A stretch of DNA of 62,014 bases, filler included, from Sluysia triapertura (taxonomy: Eukaryota), in the NCBI GenBank assembly GCA_046118255.1. It is 5 parts of 5 records of this genome, joined end to end, with 100 filler letters (N's around TTAATTAATTAA, not from the genome) between each part and the next. Parts side by side here need not be neighbours in the genome. Positions count along the whole stretch, not along the records: positions 11,613 to 22,378 come from JBJNIA010193748.1; positions 22,479 to 35,994 come from JBJNIA010035264.1; 3 more parts are not named here. The stretch is one strand, 5' to 3'. Below the pieces are notes generated by a model that ran no database searches, was not told the origin of the DNA, and saw only the letters and a program-made list of their open reading frames with translations. Each line of letters opens with the position of its first letter. Position 1 is the stretch's first letter. The position numbers and the translations under genes were made by a program. Below are positions 11,685 to 25,249 of the stretch, piece by piece.

Positions 11685-14600
11685 TTAACTTATTTCAACT
11701 TTTATTATTACCACTTACGCTTTTCCAACCGTACACAAGTTAAAACTAACTTCAGCGATAAACCGATTAATTAATTATAAATAGATTCAGTCTTTGCAAA
11801 ATGAAAAATTAACTGAAAAAAAGTTAACTGCCCGTATTATTTACGATAACGATAAAATATTGCAAGCCTAATAAATTTATAATTTTATTATAAATGAAGC
11901 CAAATAAAACTTAATTAAACAATAAGTAAAATATAAAGTACGTGAAAAAATAATTTGTTTAGTAATTTAAAGGGTTATAAGTAATACAAGCTATTAAACA
12001 ATTATTTTCATTAGTTAATTTTTACCATATATTCTAAATCATTTTTGTCATCACTTCAAAATAAATTTAAGTCAAAACTTCGGTTAATTTTTACATAATT
12101 AATAAATTAAATTTTAGTAATATTTTCTTTAATTTTTATCCTTAAATACTTAGTTTCATTAATACTGGAATAACTTTTGAAATCAATTTGATGAAATTTA
12201 TATCCGTATTGTTGTATTTTAATATAAAAATTTAATTACAAATTAAAGGTAGTGACTTAAACATAATTATTTTTTAATTGTTTGTAATTCTAGAAGTCCA
12301 CAATGAAATAGTGTCACGTAATCATGATTGTTTGATTTAGTGCAGTAAATTGTGAAATAGGCACTCTGGTTGATTTAGTGTTTCTAAACATTACTAAACT
12401 CAACATCTTTCTCGAGCATCAGCACAGTTGATTTTCAGTTCGATTAATGCTTTATTAATATTAATTTATAATTAATATTTAGGTATAGGGAATTTATACA
12501 ATAAATTTATTTTGCATAACATTTTACTAAAATTATAAGCTGATTTTAAATGAAGTTTATATTGTTACTTAAATTTTTCTTAAAAAAATGAAAACTAACG
12601 ATTAATTTATACTCTATATAATTGATCCAAATAAAGTTTGAACGTAATGAATTTCTCGGATAATTAAGAAAATAAAATATTTTTCTTTAAATCTTCAAGA
12701 TAACAAAAATATTCTTCTTTATTGAACAAAGTATTCTTACTAATATTGTATTCTTTCTTTCTAAACTTTTAAAAATAACATCTCCTAATTATAGTTTATG
12801 ATGTCGTATACAATATTGTAAAAATTAAATAATAAATTTAAACAATCATGCAGTAATATTATTTGTTTTAATTAATAATCATAATTTAATAATAATTATT
12901 ATTTTTATAAATATTTTTATTATAATACTTTAATTTAATGGTAATTTCAATTTAATTATAATTTTTTATTCACTTATACATTTTAAATACATTAAAAATA
13001 CATTTTAAATATTTTAAAATTATCTAACCATCATAAGGAAATTCTAATTATTAAAATAAAATTCACTTAAAAATTATATAAACTAACGAATTCAATTTAA
13101 TACCGATTAATAGTATTTGTCTTTTAAAAGACTATGCCAAAAATGTATAATCATGACTCAAATTGTAAATTATTATTTACAAAATATCTGTTTTAAAAAT
13201 TAATTCAATCACTTGTATAACTACTAATGCCTAATGATTAAAAATTGGTTGACTACTTATAGTTGAGAATGAATCATTGAAACCGTTATACTAATTTAGT
13301 GTATAAAGCGTATGAATCATTTAATTATTATATTAACTTACTGATAATTTATCGATTTACTGTACTAGAATAATAATTAATAATATTTACAAATACTAAT
13401 AATAAATACTTTAATAATACAATAATAATATTTGCAATAATAATAATTTGAAATATTTATAATTAATAAATAATAATTAAGATAACCATTTTTCTAAAAT
13501 ATTATATTTAATTTTTTCTAAATACTTTTCTAAATTTACATAATTATTTACATTAATTATACATTTACATAATTTAACATAATTATACTTTATATTTAAA
13601 ATGGTTTATTGATCATGATAATAAGGTTTAATGTTTATAAATTTTAATTTCATATTGTCTTTATAGAATGTCATTTTAAAATGATTATTTATACGATTTC
13701 AATTTTATATGTAATTTTATATAATCTCATTTTAAAGTAATGTAAAAGCATTATGTTCTTAATGATAATGAAAATTTAAAATTAAACTATTTTAGATGTA
13801 TTAAAAATGAATTTAAGAGTGGAAAATTAATTATTAAAAATGAAGTTAAATTAAAAATTTTGATTTAAAGTCAAAATGAGCATTATTTATTTTACAACAT
13901 GAAAACGGACAAAGTTGTAAAATGGGCATTCGTTTTATTTTACAAGACCAACGCCAAATTCTTTGTTTGGAAAATGTGTAGTTAAAATTATTGGGAAATT
14001 CTTCATCTAAAGCTTAATAAACTGAAATTTTTATTTTTATTACTTAAAAAATATTACTAAATCCATTTGAAGTTACGCTTAAATTTATAATTTAAATTTC
14101 TCGTAACACTTGTAATTATACTCTAACTTGTCTTTATTGGTACAAATAAAAGTGCAACGTTTTGTATATTTAAAATCATTAAAATATTTATTTAAATTTA
14201 TTTATTTAAATTTCGTACTTATTCAACGTCCAGCAGAAATATTTCGCAATTAACTTTGTAAACCAATTTCAAATTAATATTTAAACCAGCAAATTTAATT
14301 CGTTTAATAGCATCTAAGTTTGTCACAATATTCGTATTATCCAATATACTTTGTTAACTGATTATATTATGTATTTATACAATTATTGTAGAGTTTTAAT
14401 TGTGCTAAATAATTTTCTAAATAATTACTTTCGAAAATTATCGTATAAAATAACTAAATATATATAGTACTATATTGTACTACTTTTCAATGTTATTTTA
14501 TTCCTTTGGTAATATTATAATTAATATATTTTTTCTTATATAGTCATTTAATTGTTGCATTGATTTGTATTTGTTCATTTACACTTTACTAAAACCAATA

Positions 14601-14857
14601 TTATTTCATTCCTACAATACTTTTGCTTAATCCCTACTTTTATCCTCTCACTACTTAAGTGTTATGAGTGCTATTTCATATTTTTATTTCATTTTTGTTT
14701 TATTTTTATGTGTATTCTTGTATACATAAATTTTGCTTGTAATTTCTAGCAGTTAATTTTCATCTAACTTGCCACTGTTTACATAACCATATTTTCATTT
14801 GTATACAAAATATCAAACAAAATGTTATAAATTATATTCACTTTTTCAAATTTTCAG

Positions 14858-15115
14858 TTCCGATGCGTTGAACATTGTCCTGCTCATAAAAATTATACAC
14901 AACTTCATGGAGAAGATACAGTATGTGTATCATTAGTAGAAACTGTTGGATATCGACAAAAAAGAATACTATTATTCGTTTCAGTTGGAGCTATAATATT
15001 TTTCATTTTTCTATTTATGCTTATTGGAATATTTTGTAAATTAAGATTTCATCAAAACAAAATCAAAGCCGAACTTAAAGCTTTATATTCAAATTATAAT
15101 GAACCTAATTTTAAG
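14858..15115 (+). CDS. egfr: EGFR/ErbB-family receptor tyrosine kinase, Cys-rich end + transmembrane exon
   Basis: Acceptor ttttcag, 258 nt, phase 0/0, donor AAG|GTTAG. Reads FRCVEHCPAHKNY...VCVS...ILLFVSVGAIIFFIFLFMLIGIF-CKLRFHQNKIKAELK: a furin-like CVxxCP motif, a hydrophobic TM helix and a basic juxtamembrane stretch. Not in the ORF track (no start codon). Confidence 0.85.
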
Positions 15116-15737
15116 GTTAGTAAATTTATTATAAACAATTACAATTTAAAAATTTCGATAACATGCATGCTCGGTATCGTCGAACATTAAAATTTTATAA
15201 TAAATTTGATCAAGTGTAATATAAATAAGATATATTTTTCAATTATAAACTAAGATGCATTATCTGATGTTAATGTATATTAAATTTTCATAGTTTATAA
15301 TACGGACTGACCGAAATTCGAATGCCGGATTTGTAGGCAATTTGGTAATTTTAATTCTGAGGTTATTATTAAACTTCTGTAGTTCAGGTTTTGCTTAAAA
15401 TGGAATATCTTAATAAACTTATATGGGCCTATGTACACATTTTACGAAATTATATGCATCTTAACTATATAATGTCTCTGAAATAACAATAACAACCTCA
15501 AATGTCAAAAAATAACTTTTTTATATATTTTTATAATTTTCTTCAAAATTACTTATTATTTGATAATTCAAGAAATAAGCATTTCCTTGTTTTATAAAGT
15601 TATTATCTTTATGACACCTTTTAAATGGAATGTACAAAGTTTTAGGGACTTTAAATTGTATTTGAATAGTCGTAAAATAGACTGTTATTACTATTGTTGA
15701 GTTTGTGTCTGATCAAAATAAAAGTTAACTTATATAC

Positions 15738-15784
15738 GTGAGTCCATCAACGTACTAGGCTTACCAGTTAGGGCTAGCCGTTGG
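15738..15784 (+). other. Dispersed structured motif, copy A
   Basis: GTGAGT-CCA-TCAACG-TA-CTAG-GCTTAC-CAGTTAGGG-CTAG-C-CGTTGG. Confidence 0.8.
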
Positions 15785-16506
15785 ATTTTTGCAATTGTAG
15801 AGATTAAAAATATATCTCAATGCATGCCTAAATTCTTGTTAGTCAAATTGAGTTGAGATCTGGAGGTATTTTAAATATAATTTAATAGCAATGATATAGT
15901 TATAAAATAGTTTACGAAAATCCTATGAAAAGAATTTTAAAACAAATGATTTTGCGTTTTCAGAATTATATTCTGAATAAAACCTCACTATACGGATGAT
16001 TTTATAAATTTTAATGATTATTAAGAATAATGAGGCTGTTAATGTTGCATAGCATAAAGTAAGGAAATGTATGAAATGTGGTGTATTTGAATAACGGATA
16101 CTCTTATAATGTATGTTAATGAATAATGTATGTTAAATAGTTTATTGCATCTTAAGGAATGCAGCATGAGAAATTATAAACTTATGAATGTTCTGTATTG
16201 AATGGTTTTAGTGACTTGTGATTTGGAGGAAACAGAATTATGCACGTTGAAAATTGAAAGGTATGTGTTTCACATTCCACAGAGTTGATGTAAGCTGATG
16301 TTTGAATTGTTTGACAAGATGTGGAAAATGAAATTTGAAAAGTAATAAAATTTTTACATGTTGAGGTAACATATGTATTGTATTGGATGTAAGATAAAGG
16401 GTGAGTCACCATAGTTATTTCGTTAATAAATAATGAATCAAGCTCATTTCAATCACTGCTTATAATCAAGTTTGTTTAAATCATATTTTGTCATAATTCA
16501 GGTTTT

Positions 16507-16672
16507 AACCTTCCGTCTTTCAAAAAAGTATGTATACATTGTATATCATTGGACCTGTCTGATAAGTAAAAATATTTAAAAATATTTTGTCTATTATATA
16601 AAAAGTCAGGATGTCAAAACAATTTCCATGTAATATATTACTAGAAAATAGTGAAATTTAGACTCGGGTCAT
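16507..16672. mobile_element. Second, inverted and truncated copy of the 4131-4323 MITE family
   Basis: Starts TTAA-CCTTCCGTCT. Its internal sequence (aaatattttgtctattatataaaaagtcagga...aaatttagactcg) is the reverse complement of 4160-4250. Confidence 0.55.
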
Positions 16673-17584
16673 TTCTCATATATTGCTAAAATATAATTAT
16701 TTATTCATCGGCTAATTTCCAATTTTTCTATTTGAAAATATATTTTGACAAGGTCATTATTTTAAAATATTTTCAAGCCAAATTAGTAAGATAAACATTA
16801 ATAAAAACTAATAACAATTATTTTAATTTTAATAATACTGTTTTTTGTACTAATACAATAAATTATAACATTAATTTTTTGCCTATATATAAATTAAAAT
16901 TAGAGGGTTTTTCATATAATTTAATTCTTTTGTCATCTAATCTTCTTGTGAAATAATTTAATCCATGCGTCACATAATTTAAACATTTTGTCATAACTTA
17001 ATCTTTATAGAAATTAATTAGAATATTGTATATATTTATATTGTATAATATTTTATTCAGTAAAATAAAAAACATAAGAAAAAAATAAGCGAACATTCAT
17101 TCTTTTTAATGAATTTAAATTATTACAATAAATTTGCAATAAAAGATATTTACTTAAAAGGCTCATTGTCAATTGCTCTAATTAAATATTCGCGCATGTG
17201 CCTAAAATATGCATTTATTTATGTGACATTCATTTATTAAGTAATCAGTTCAATAAAAGCTATGATTTTCTTATCGACTGGATTAAATGACGTCATTGAC
17301 GACCTGATTGTACTGACAAACTTCCTAAATAAGCTAAATTTGATTTCAATCGCTTTTTATCAAGTTGATACGTTCTCTACATTGAGTCTTCTTCATTTCT
17401 AACACTATTAACTAAAGATAAACGATTTTTTTTGAAATATCATCGGTATTTAATTGAAGTAAATCTGTTGTAATATAATAAGTTTATAATACGTCATATC
17501 TCTATAAAAACCTGGAATCAACGTTGCAATATAAATTATTATAAAAACTAAACATTAATAAAGGCAAAATAAAAGTTAGACAAC

Positions 17585-17625
17585 TATGGTGACCAGATTT
17601 TTAGATGGGCAAAACGGGACAACTC
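17585..17625 (+). mobile_element. hAT-type terminal remnant
   Basis: TATGGTGACCAGA...AAAACGGGACA resembles TAGGGTGACCA...GGGACA hAT termini. No partner end found. Confidence 0.35.
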
Positions 17626-19196
17626 GGAAGGAGGAGGAAATATCAACAAAAATTTTCATACAGAATAAAAATAATATCGTAATATTTTTTATTTTTAACA
17701 TAAGACTTACTTTAATTTTCTATGGTAAGTAGCAGATTTGTAATATTTATTTGTTTAGTTAGCTTGCTAGCACACAGTACGAACACGAAGTGTATCATCT
17801 GAGAGACAATAAACTGGGTAGCAAAAGCAATATGTTAGTCGTCATAGCCCGTAGGATTCTTAGAACGCAAAACAATGATTTTCATAAATATAAAATTTAA
17901 CTTAATTCTTAAAGTCTGATAACCTTAGACATAACGTGTGAGAAGTGTCACAATGTGACAACGAAAATATTTTTTAATAAATATTAATATATAATAATAA
18001 TTATTATTATTATCATTGTTGTGCATCAAAAACAAATTGAAAACACTAATAATAATATTAAAAAAGAATAACAAAACTTAAAATAAATAAAAATAGAAGT
18101 ATTTATAAATTCAAAAAGTACTAAAAATTTATAAATAAACCAATTTTGATGTAAACTTGTATTTTTGAGTAAATTAATATTTTATAAATGTAAATATAAA
18201 TATAAATAAATAAATTCAATCAGTGTTATGTGATTGAATTACCGTTTTTAGCGAGTTCAAAGGAAAGAAGAGTAATAAAAGATTTGTGAATTTGATTTTG
18301 TTTAAAAATGAAATCAATAATAAAATTTATGACACATTTGACTCTTACACTTGCTGTTTGGTTAATTTAATAAGTTAAAAAATTTAAAAAATATTATATT
18401 CAATGCAAAAGAACTACTACAATTATATAAATGAATTAAATTTGTCAAATCTCGCAATTAACGGTATTTTTATGACAATAATATGAAGACTATAATTTAT
18501 TCAAATAACCAGGGATGACGCAACTAAATTAAAATTTAAAACAATTTATCAATTACTAAAAATTTTCAATCTGATTTAACGTTAAATTTTCCTTAAAAAA
18601 TGACACGATGATTTCTTCTATATAATTCAATTCTTTTTCCCAAAGTATTAAAATTATTAAAATATTAAGGGATTTCCCAAAATAAGTGACTATATTAAAA
18701 ATATTATAAACCACAAAATTAAAAAAATTGCTAAAAAGAAAATTATAAAGTATCAAATAACTTAATATATGAATCTTCAGAAGATCTCCTTAGAAATAAT
18801 TAATTGTACCACTAATTATTACTTCCTCATTATTCCTGAGTTTTTTAATCAAACATTCTCTCGCATTATTCTTTGAAATTAAACCGACAATAATAATTTT
18901 GACAGGTACATGGTGTGGCGCGTCACACTTTATTAGATATAGACCACAAAAATGATTAATGATCAGCTATTAATTTCCTTTGGGTTATGTGATCTATTTT
19001 CACGTAAATTGCTTCTCACATTAAAATAACAATCACCAGATTGTTAAAATGCATTGAAATAATAAATTTAATTTTAGTTTCTAGAATTTTGTTTATAATA
19101 TCTATCCATCACTTTGTAATAAGTTCTTCCTACATTTTGTAATTCCATATGTTATTTACTTATTTTCTGTTCCACAGTTTGTCAATTCCAACAATA

Positions 19197-19197
<1 letters not shown>

Positions 19198-19275
<78 letters not shown>
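19198..19275. repeat. (ATT)26 microsatellite
   Basis: Perfect trinucleotide run inside the EGFR intron. Confidence 0.95.
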
Positions 19276-21367
19276 TGAGTAGTTAATTAAGTCCTAAATT
19301 ATATAGTTTGATAGTTTAAGATGTGAAATGTTGAAACCCAAGAATGATCTGTAAGATAATACAGCGTTATAATTGAATGCTTTGATGAATGGCGCTAAAT
19401 GTAGCAAAGTTTTACAGATTTGTGCAAAGACTGCCGGAAGAAATTTTGATGATTTACGAACCTGTTATTACGAAGTGAATATGAATTATATTCTGATTTA
19501 GCATTATTAAAATTAGTGATTTTATTATATAATTTGTGAATTATGAAATATTTATGTAATTTTAATAATAAACTTGTGTTATAAGTTGAGCTATTACACT
19601 AATAAATCTTTCAAGGTTAGAGTGTGATTTAAGTCAAAATATAAAACTCTTATCGTCCTATGGTGAAACGAATAAACAATATATTTGGAAGTAATACAAT
19701 TCGAGTATCAAAAGTCATATAAATGAAATTAATAAAATTACTTGATCGAATATTACAATGATTATAAAGTGTTGTGGTTTATAGATAGTGTCGATGAAGA
19801 GACCTTACTCAGATGATGATTAAATGTTTATAAGCTAAATAAATTTATTTACTTCTAATAAATATTATAATATTTTATATTTTTACATTTATTATTTATT
19901 TAATAAAGTATCGTTATTAAATATAGTTTACTAAGCTATGTTAATATCCAAAATGACAATACGAATGTATTAGAATTAAATATTATATATGATTAATTAT
20001 TTCAATCTAAATTTATACATCATTTAAATAATAAAATAAAACCCAACCTATTATTTCTTTTTTGTGTCAAAAATGAATATAAATAATTTAACCATTTATT
20101 TCTTTTTATATTAAACTACAAAAAAAAGAATAAATAAATTATAAATAAAAAGTAGTCTAGAATAATAAAAAAAATAAATTAAAATCTAAACTATTTTAAC
20201 TAACATATGTTTAGTAATTATAAAATAATTATAATTTTGAATTTAAATTTTAAAGTACACTTTTTACGTTTTTATATTTGAATTATATCATATAAAATGA
20301 TTGATGTTTACGAGCTTTTGTAATTAGTTTTTTGAATTACTAATTTCATTACGAAATATCTCCATTATGTTGGTATGCAACAACTATGACTCAGTTTACA
20401 AGATTGAAAATTTTATTGCCAAATGTTTCAAATAATATAAAAAATTATATCAAATTCAAAATAGTGTTTCGAATAGTGTAACTGCTGTTTTAGTTTATAA
20501 CAATGAGCTTTTATTGAAAAATAAACAATATTTTGAAAATATCGAGTATCAAAATAAAATGTTGAAATAAGATATAGAACTTGTTTAAGTTCCTAATCTT
20601 AATTCGATGTTTTTTGCATAATTGTACGATTTAATTTTATGCTTTATTTTAGTATGTTTTGCTTCTCTTTAAAAAATTCAATTGTATCAGCTTGTTTTGA
20701 TTTAGCATATATCTAAACATGTTTACAGCAAAAAAGTTCGTGATTCCTGGTCCAATTCAAAGCAGGATGTAGAATTTATTAATGATTCTATTCTTGATGA
20801 AAATGATTATTATAAAATGAGAAAAATTTGGATGATGAATAAATTTTTAATTGATATTTATTCGAACAACTGAAAGCATGACTAGTATCACCATTTTCTA
20901 TAATTTTTGATGATGCTATTCAAATAGTATCCATTCATTACTATTATTTGTTGAATTTTCTCTGTAAAAATATGAGAATGTGTAAAATGAATGTTTACTT
21001 AATTTTTATTGTTTATCATTATTTTTAATATGTCACTAAATTATTTGTCAATAAATTATGTGATATTTTAATAACAATGATTTAATTAATTAATTAAGAA
21101 AAATAACAATATTAATAATTATAATAATACTTGTTATCTTAATTTTAATAATATCTGTATCCTAATAATTGTAACATATTTTTGGATATTTTCCATTTGA
21201 GAATGAACTCAAAATTTTTTATCGATATATAAATCAAGCCTATTTCAAATATATAAATTATTATAGAATAAAAATGAAGTATATATCAGAGTCATGCTTT
21301 AAAATTTACAGTTTTAATAATAGTATATAAAATTAAATTTATATAAAATTAATTTATTTTCGTTTAG

Positions 21368-21610
21368 AGTTTAATAGAAGAAGGTAATAGTCGTCCACCG
21401 AATATGAATCGACTGAAGATGATACCTTTAAGTGATCTCATATTTGATCTGAACAGTAAACCTCTTGGTTCCGGTGGATTTGGTCAAGTATTTCAAGGTC
21501 TTTTGAAAATACAAGGACCAAAAAATCGCATTTATAAACTAAATGTAGTCATCAAAATGATTTATAGTACTACTAAAGCTTCGAATGATGAATTTCTAGA
21601 AGAAGCTAAG
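21368..21610 (+). CDS. egfr: EGFR/ErbB-family receptor tyrosine kinase, juxtamembrane + kinase N-lobe exon
   Basis: Acceptor cgtttag, 243 nt, phase 0/0, donor AAG|GTTATT. Reads SLIEEGNSRPPNMNRLKMI...LGSGGFGQVFQG...VVIKMI...ASNDEFLEEAK, matching EGFR PNxAxLRI / LGSGAFGTVYKG / VAIK / ANKEILDEA. In phase with the TM exon across a 6.25-kb intron. Confidence 0.88.
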
Positions 21611-22306
21611 GTTATTGTGACTATTAATAGTTGAAATATTAATAAAATTGTATAAAATCTAAACATATTTAATCCTAAGATTACTTTTTACAAATATGTT
21701 TTAATGAAACATTTTTAGATTATTTTAAATAAGAATTTCAAATTAATATCTGCTTAAAAATTCACTTATTTTTTTACTATAGTAATCTTAGTCAGAATGA
21801 TATCAAAAACGATTCAAAATGATGGCACTTATACATATTATAGATATTGCATATGCCAAATTTATTAGAACTGGTTTATTTACAGGGTCGTTCAATTCTA
21901 TATTAACATGTGTCCAGTCCTATATTGACATATAACTAAGAATTATGCAATGTAGGTACATTAATTTTCTCGATAGTATTTCGTTTTTCGCGTACGAGAG
22001 AAAGCCTTTTACATAATCGCTTTGAAACAGCAGACCTTGAAATTGTAGTATGCTGTATCTGTTGAAGCTTGAAACAAATTTCCTGTTTAGTTGTGGCATT
22101 ATTACAGATTATAATATTAAAAATTAATTGATTAGTTTCTGATAATCGTTCACTTCTTGAGCTGCATGTTCTTTTGTATTTCTCTCTATAACTATTAATA
22201 GAGTCATAGCTATTAATAGTAATTTCAATATTTCATTAAATAAAAATTTAGTGGTACATATTTTAAAATGTCAAACTTATTAGTAACAACTGAGTTAGCT
22301 TTTTAA

Positions 22307-22378
22307 CTCCTTAACTCGCACACTCGAATTAACTCGAGCGAGGTAAACCTGCAGAAATGAGCACACTCGAGTTAATTT
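22307..22378. mobile_element. Probable piggyBac-type element end at contig edge
   Basis: TTAA-CTCCTTAAC start with a repeated GCACACTCGA(A/G)TTAA. A related sequence (CCGAGTTAATTCGGGCTTGTGC) ends the contig at 50869. Confidence 0.4.
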
Positions 22379-22478
22379 NNNNNNNNNNNNNNNNNNNNNN
22401 NNNNNNNNNNNNNNNNNNNNNNTTAATTAATTAANNNNNNNNNNNNNNNNNNNNNNNNNNNNNNNNNNNNNNNNNNNN
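22379..22478. other. Artificial contig linker
   Basis: Identical 100-bp N/TTAATTAATTAA/N spacer. Confidence 0.97.
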
Positions 22479-23289
22479 CTTTAAATTTATAAATAATTAA
22501 TAAATATAACTTTTACAAAACTTTAAATATAAAAGTATATATAATAAACTAAATTTATAATTCTAACAAGTTAAAGAAAATTTTGATGTTTATATATTGA
22601 AACTCCATGTGTTATTTTGTTATTGAAGAGCTGAAGGATGATTATTTAAAGACAAAAACAGATTAAAGTATTTTATTCTGTTTATGTTACAAAAAAAATT
22701 AATTAATTTTGAAATAATAATAATAAAATTAATCAACTGCATAAAAATTGCCAATGTGGCCTCCAAAATTACTATAATTACAACTATAGTAATTTATAAT
22801 AATATACAAATTTACTTAATTGGCTACCTCACATTTCAATGTATGTTTATATATAAAAATATCAGCGGTATTCTAAAAATTATGATAATGTTGGGATTGC
22901 CAAACTGTATATCTGAAGATGAGTGAGAAAGATATAGAATTGCTACAAAGTGTTTTATTTAACGTTATAAACATTGTTGGAATAAAAACGTTGGAATGAA
23001 AACGTCTATAATAATGTTAAGAGTTAAAGAATATCTTAGAGTTCCAAACACCTATATAAGGGTTTGAGACTTTATGGAAGCTTGAGATGGACTTGGAAAA
23101 ACTTTTCGAAGCATTAAGGTACATATGAACTTGTGTACATTTAGATCATTTAAGACCTTAGTAACCTTTAAGTTTCCTGGAAAATTGATAAGCATTTGAG
23201 ATCTTTTAGTAACCTTATAAAGTATTTAAAATCTTTAAAATATTTGAGAAAGAAGTCATTGATATTGTTATTAAAGTTATGGTAATAAT

Positions 23290-23412
23290 TAGCATGAAAA
23301 AGTAGAAAAGGAATCAGGGAGGCGAAGTTAAAAACATCAAGAGCCTCTTGAATGCCTTATAAACCTTAGAACTTCAATAAAACCTTTAAAAATAAAATGA
23401 GATTAAGTCTAT
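23290..23412. repeat. Dispersed direct repeat (copy at ~27847-27980), probably an old LINE remnant
   Basis: aaaacatcaagagcctcttgaatgccttat...gattaagtcta vs aaaacatctagagcctcctgaatgccttat...gattaagtcta. Confidence 0.65.
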
Positions 23413-23728
23413 GTTAGAGGAGGGCTTTTTAATTTCAAAAAATTATGTAAAACATTAAAATTTTCAATTAATATGGAATAATTTAAAAACATGCAAATGA
23501 TTAACAAAATAGCCTTAAGGCCTTTTAAAAACAATGATTTTAAAAATAAATAAACAAGATTCAATTTTATTATATCAACAAGAAAAATAGTCATTAAACT
23601 ATAAATAGCTTTGATACGTGTTAAATTTGAAACCTGATTATCATTAATAATTTCTGATTCAAAAAACAGTGTTAGAAACTAAAGGATTGTTTATTTGCAT
23701 AATTATATTGTCCTTTCGAAAAATGTAA

Positions 23729-24180
23729 TCATGCGTTAAACTCACAACTATTATTAGAAAATGAAAATTTTGATTTAATTAAACTAACAGCTTTAGTTAT
23801 TTCGGTCAAACTTTCATCGAAATCACTAAATTTATCTCTTAAATCAGATATTTCAAAACTGCCTGAATGATTACATTCTAAACTATTATCCATTAATTCA
23901 ACTTCACTATTTAACTTTCGTATGTTAGGCTCGGTTTCTGCATTAATTTTTGAACTAAGCATGATCCGATGACCATGCAGTATTTGTGGTATTGATATTG
24001 TTAACATTCGGTGTTTGACAAAGAAATATTAACAACTGCATCAAATGATTTATTTAATAATGTATTAGGAGTACGTAGACCAAACGGATCATCGTGAGAA
24101 ATCCATGGTACACGAACGTTTGTAGTTTCTACATCTGAAGCAGTAACTTCTGTTGCTTGAACAGGACATCTAACTAAATG
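23729..24180 (-). pseudogene. Frameshifted coding-like segment, possibly the downstream part of the Bdp1-like copy
   Basis: Two overlapping open frames (LVRCPVQATEV...VPWISHDDPFGLRTPN...TEC* and ORF 23729-24007) with above-background GC. Product not recognised. Confidence 0.3.
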
Positions 24181-24559
24181 CTTTTCAGTTTTAAAGTTTG
24201 TAGTTTATATACAAAACTACTCATTTAACAATATATGAATTATATTTAACAACAATCATTAATATTGATTATAATAATTTTTTAAATTTTTTATTGTTAA
24301 CATATTATATTTCTAATTAAGAAATTAGAAGAATCCTGTAATGACGTTGAAGAATTTATTAATATTCATCACTTGGACTAAAATCCCAGGATTTGGTCGA
24401 CCAAAACAGTCAATTAGTTCTAAACAAACTAAATCTAGTGAAACACAAACACTCTGTAGTTTATTAGTTTATTTTCTACTTTTGTGAGATCTATCAAATT
24501 TTGAAATCCGAATCACTAAATTGTTTTAGTTAAATTCAATTTTTATTCTCATTGTGTTA

Positions 24560-24790
24560 TATAAGCGATTTTAGTATCATCGCAGAAAAATTAGTTTTTG
24601 TCACTTCTAATAGAAATTATTGGTTTCATTATTAGTCCACTTTCCACAATTACTTCGTTTTCTATATGAACATAAATCTTGACTTCTTCTAACATCAGTT
24701 ACGTTATCTATATCTAATGAATCCAAATCATTACGACCACTATCTTTTTCATCGTTATTCATTACTATATTGCCATTATTGGGAATTTAA
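24560..24790 (-). pseudogene. Decayed Bdp1 (TFIIIB B'')-like SANT/Myb fragment
   Basis: Minus strand reads ...DLCSYRKRSNCGKWTNNETNNFY* then, after a frameshift, LLEVTKTNFSAMI. This resembles the Bdp1 SANT start S(F/Y)RKR...WSxxETxxFYxALxxxGTDFSMI. Stops and a frameshift are present. Confidence 0.45.
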
Positions 24791-24798
24791 TTCTATAG

Positions 24799-25249
24799 TT
24801 ATTGGAAGTGCAAAGATGTTTTCACCTAACTTATGATGCAAATAGTAACCTGGAGAGAGTTTGCCTAACAGAAAACGACTTAAGTCTGAACGACGGCGGC
24901 CTGTTAGGATTTAAAGAGAAAGATTCACTAAGGAAGAGTCACGTATCGATGGTAAGGAGTACCTACGAAGATTTTGGAGTTGTTTTGACACTTTTAATTA
25001 TAATAAATTTAAGTTATTTTTAGTTAGCCTTTTTACGGTCTAACTTGGTAAAAATAAGATATTAAATTAGCCGGTTCCGGTCTAATTGTTGAAAACTTTT
25101 ATATTACTTTATGATTTTGTGCTAGCCTTATTACGGTCTAGCGTTTAATAACGATTTTAACTTTATATAATAATAAAAGAAAACTCAAGTAATTGGTTCT
25201 AAGTTTTATTCATAAAAAGAACAAATATTCACAAAAGAACAAATACTCA
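24799..25249. mobile_element. 451-bp insertion flanked by CTATAG direct repeats (solo-LTR-like or unclassified)
   Basis: CTATAG at 24793-24798 and 25250-25255. GC-richer than the flanks, with internal hairpins and an 18-bp tandem repeat at its right end. Confidence 0.5.

Noticed and set aside
13800-14050. Possible YqaJ-like transposon-associated nuclease remnant
   Set aside because: Only a faint resemblance across frameshifts, not supportable.
15738-15791. Motif copy A as a spliced-leader RNA or snRNA (GTGAGT donor, hairpin, ATTTTTG Sm-like site)
   Set aside because: No conserved leader exon upstream in any copy, and the Sm-like heptamer is intact only in this copy.
25022-25142. Three spaced palindromes as a CRISPR-like array
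   Set aside because: Eukaryotic context, repeats not identical, unequal spacing and no cas genes.
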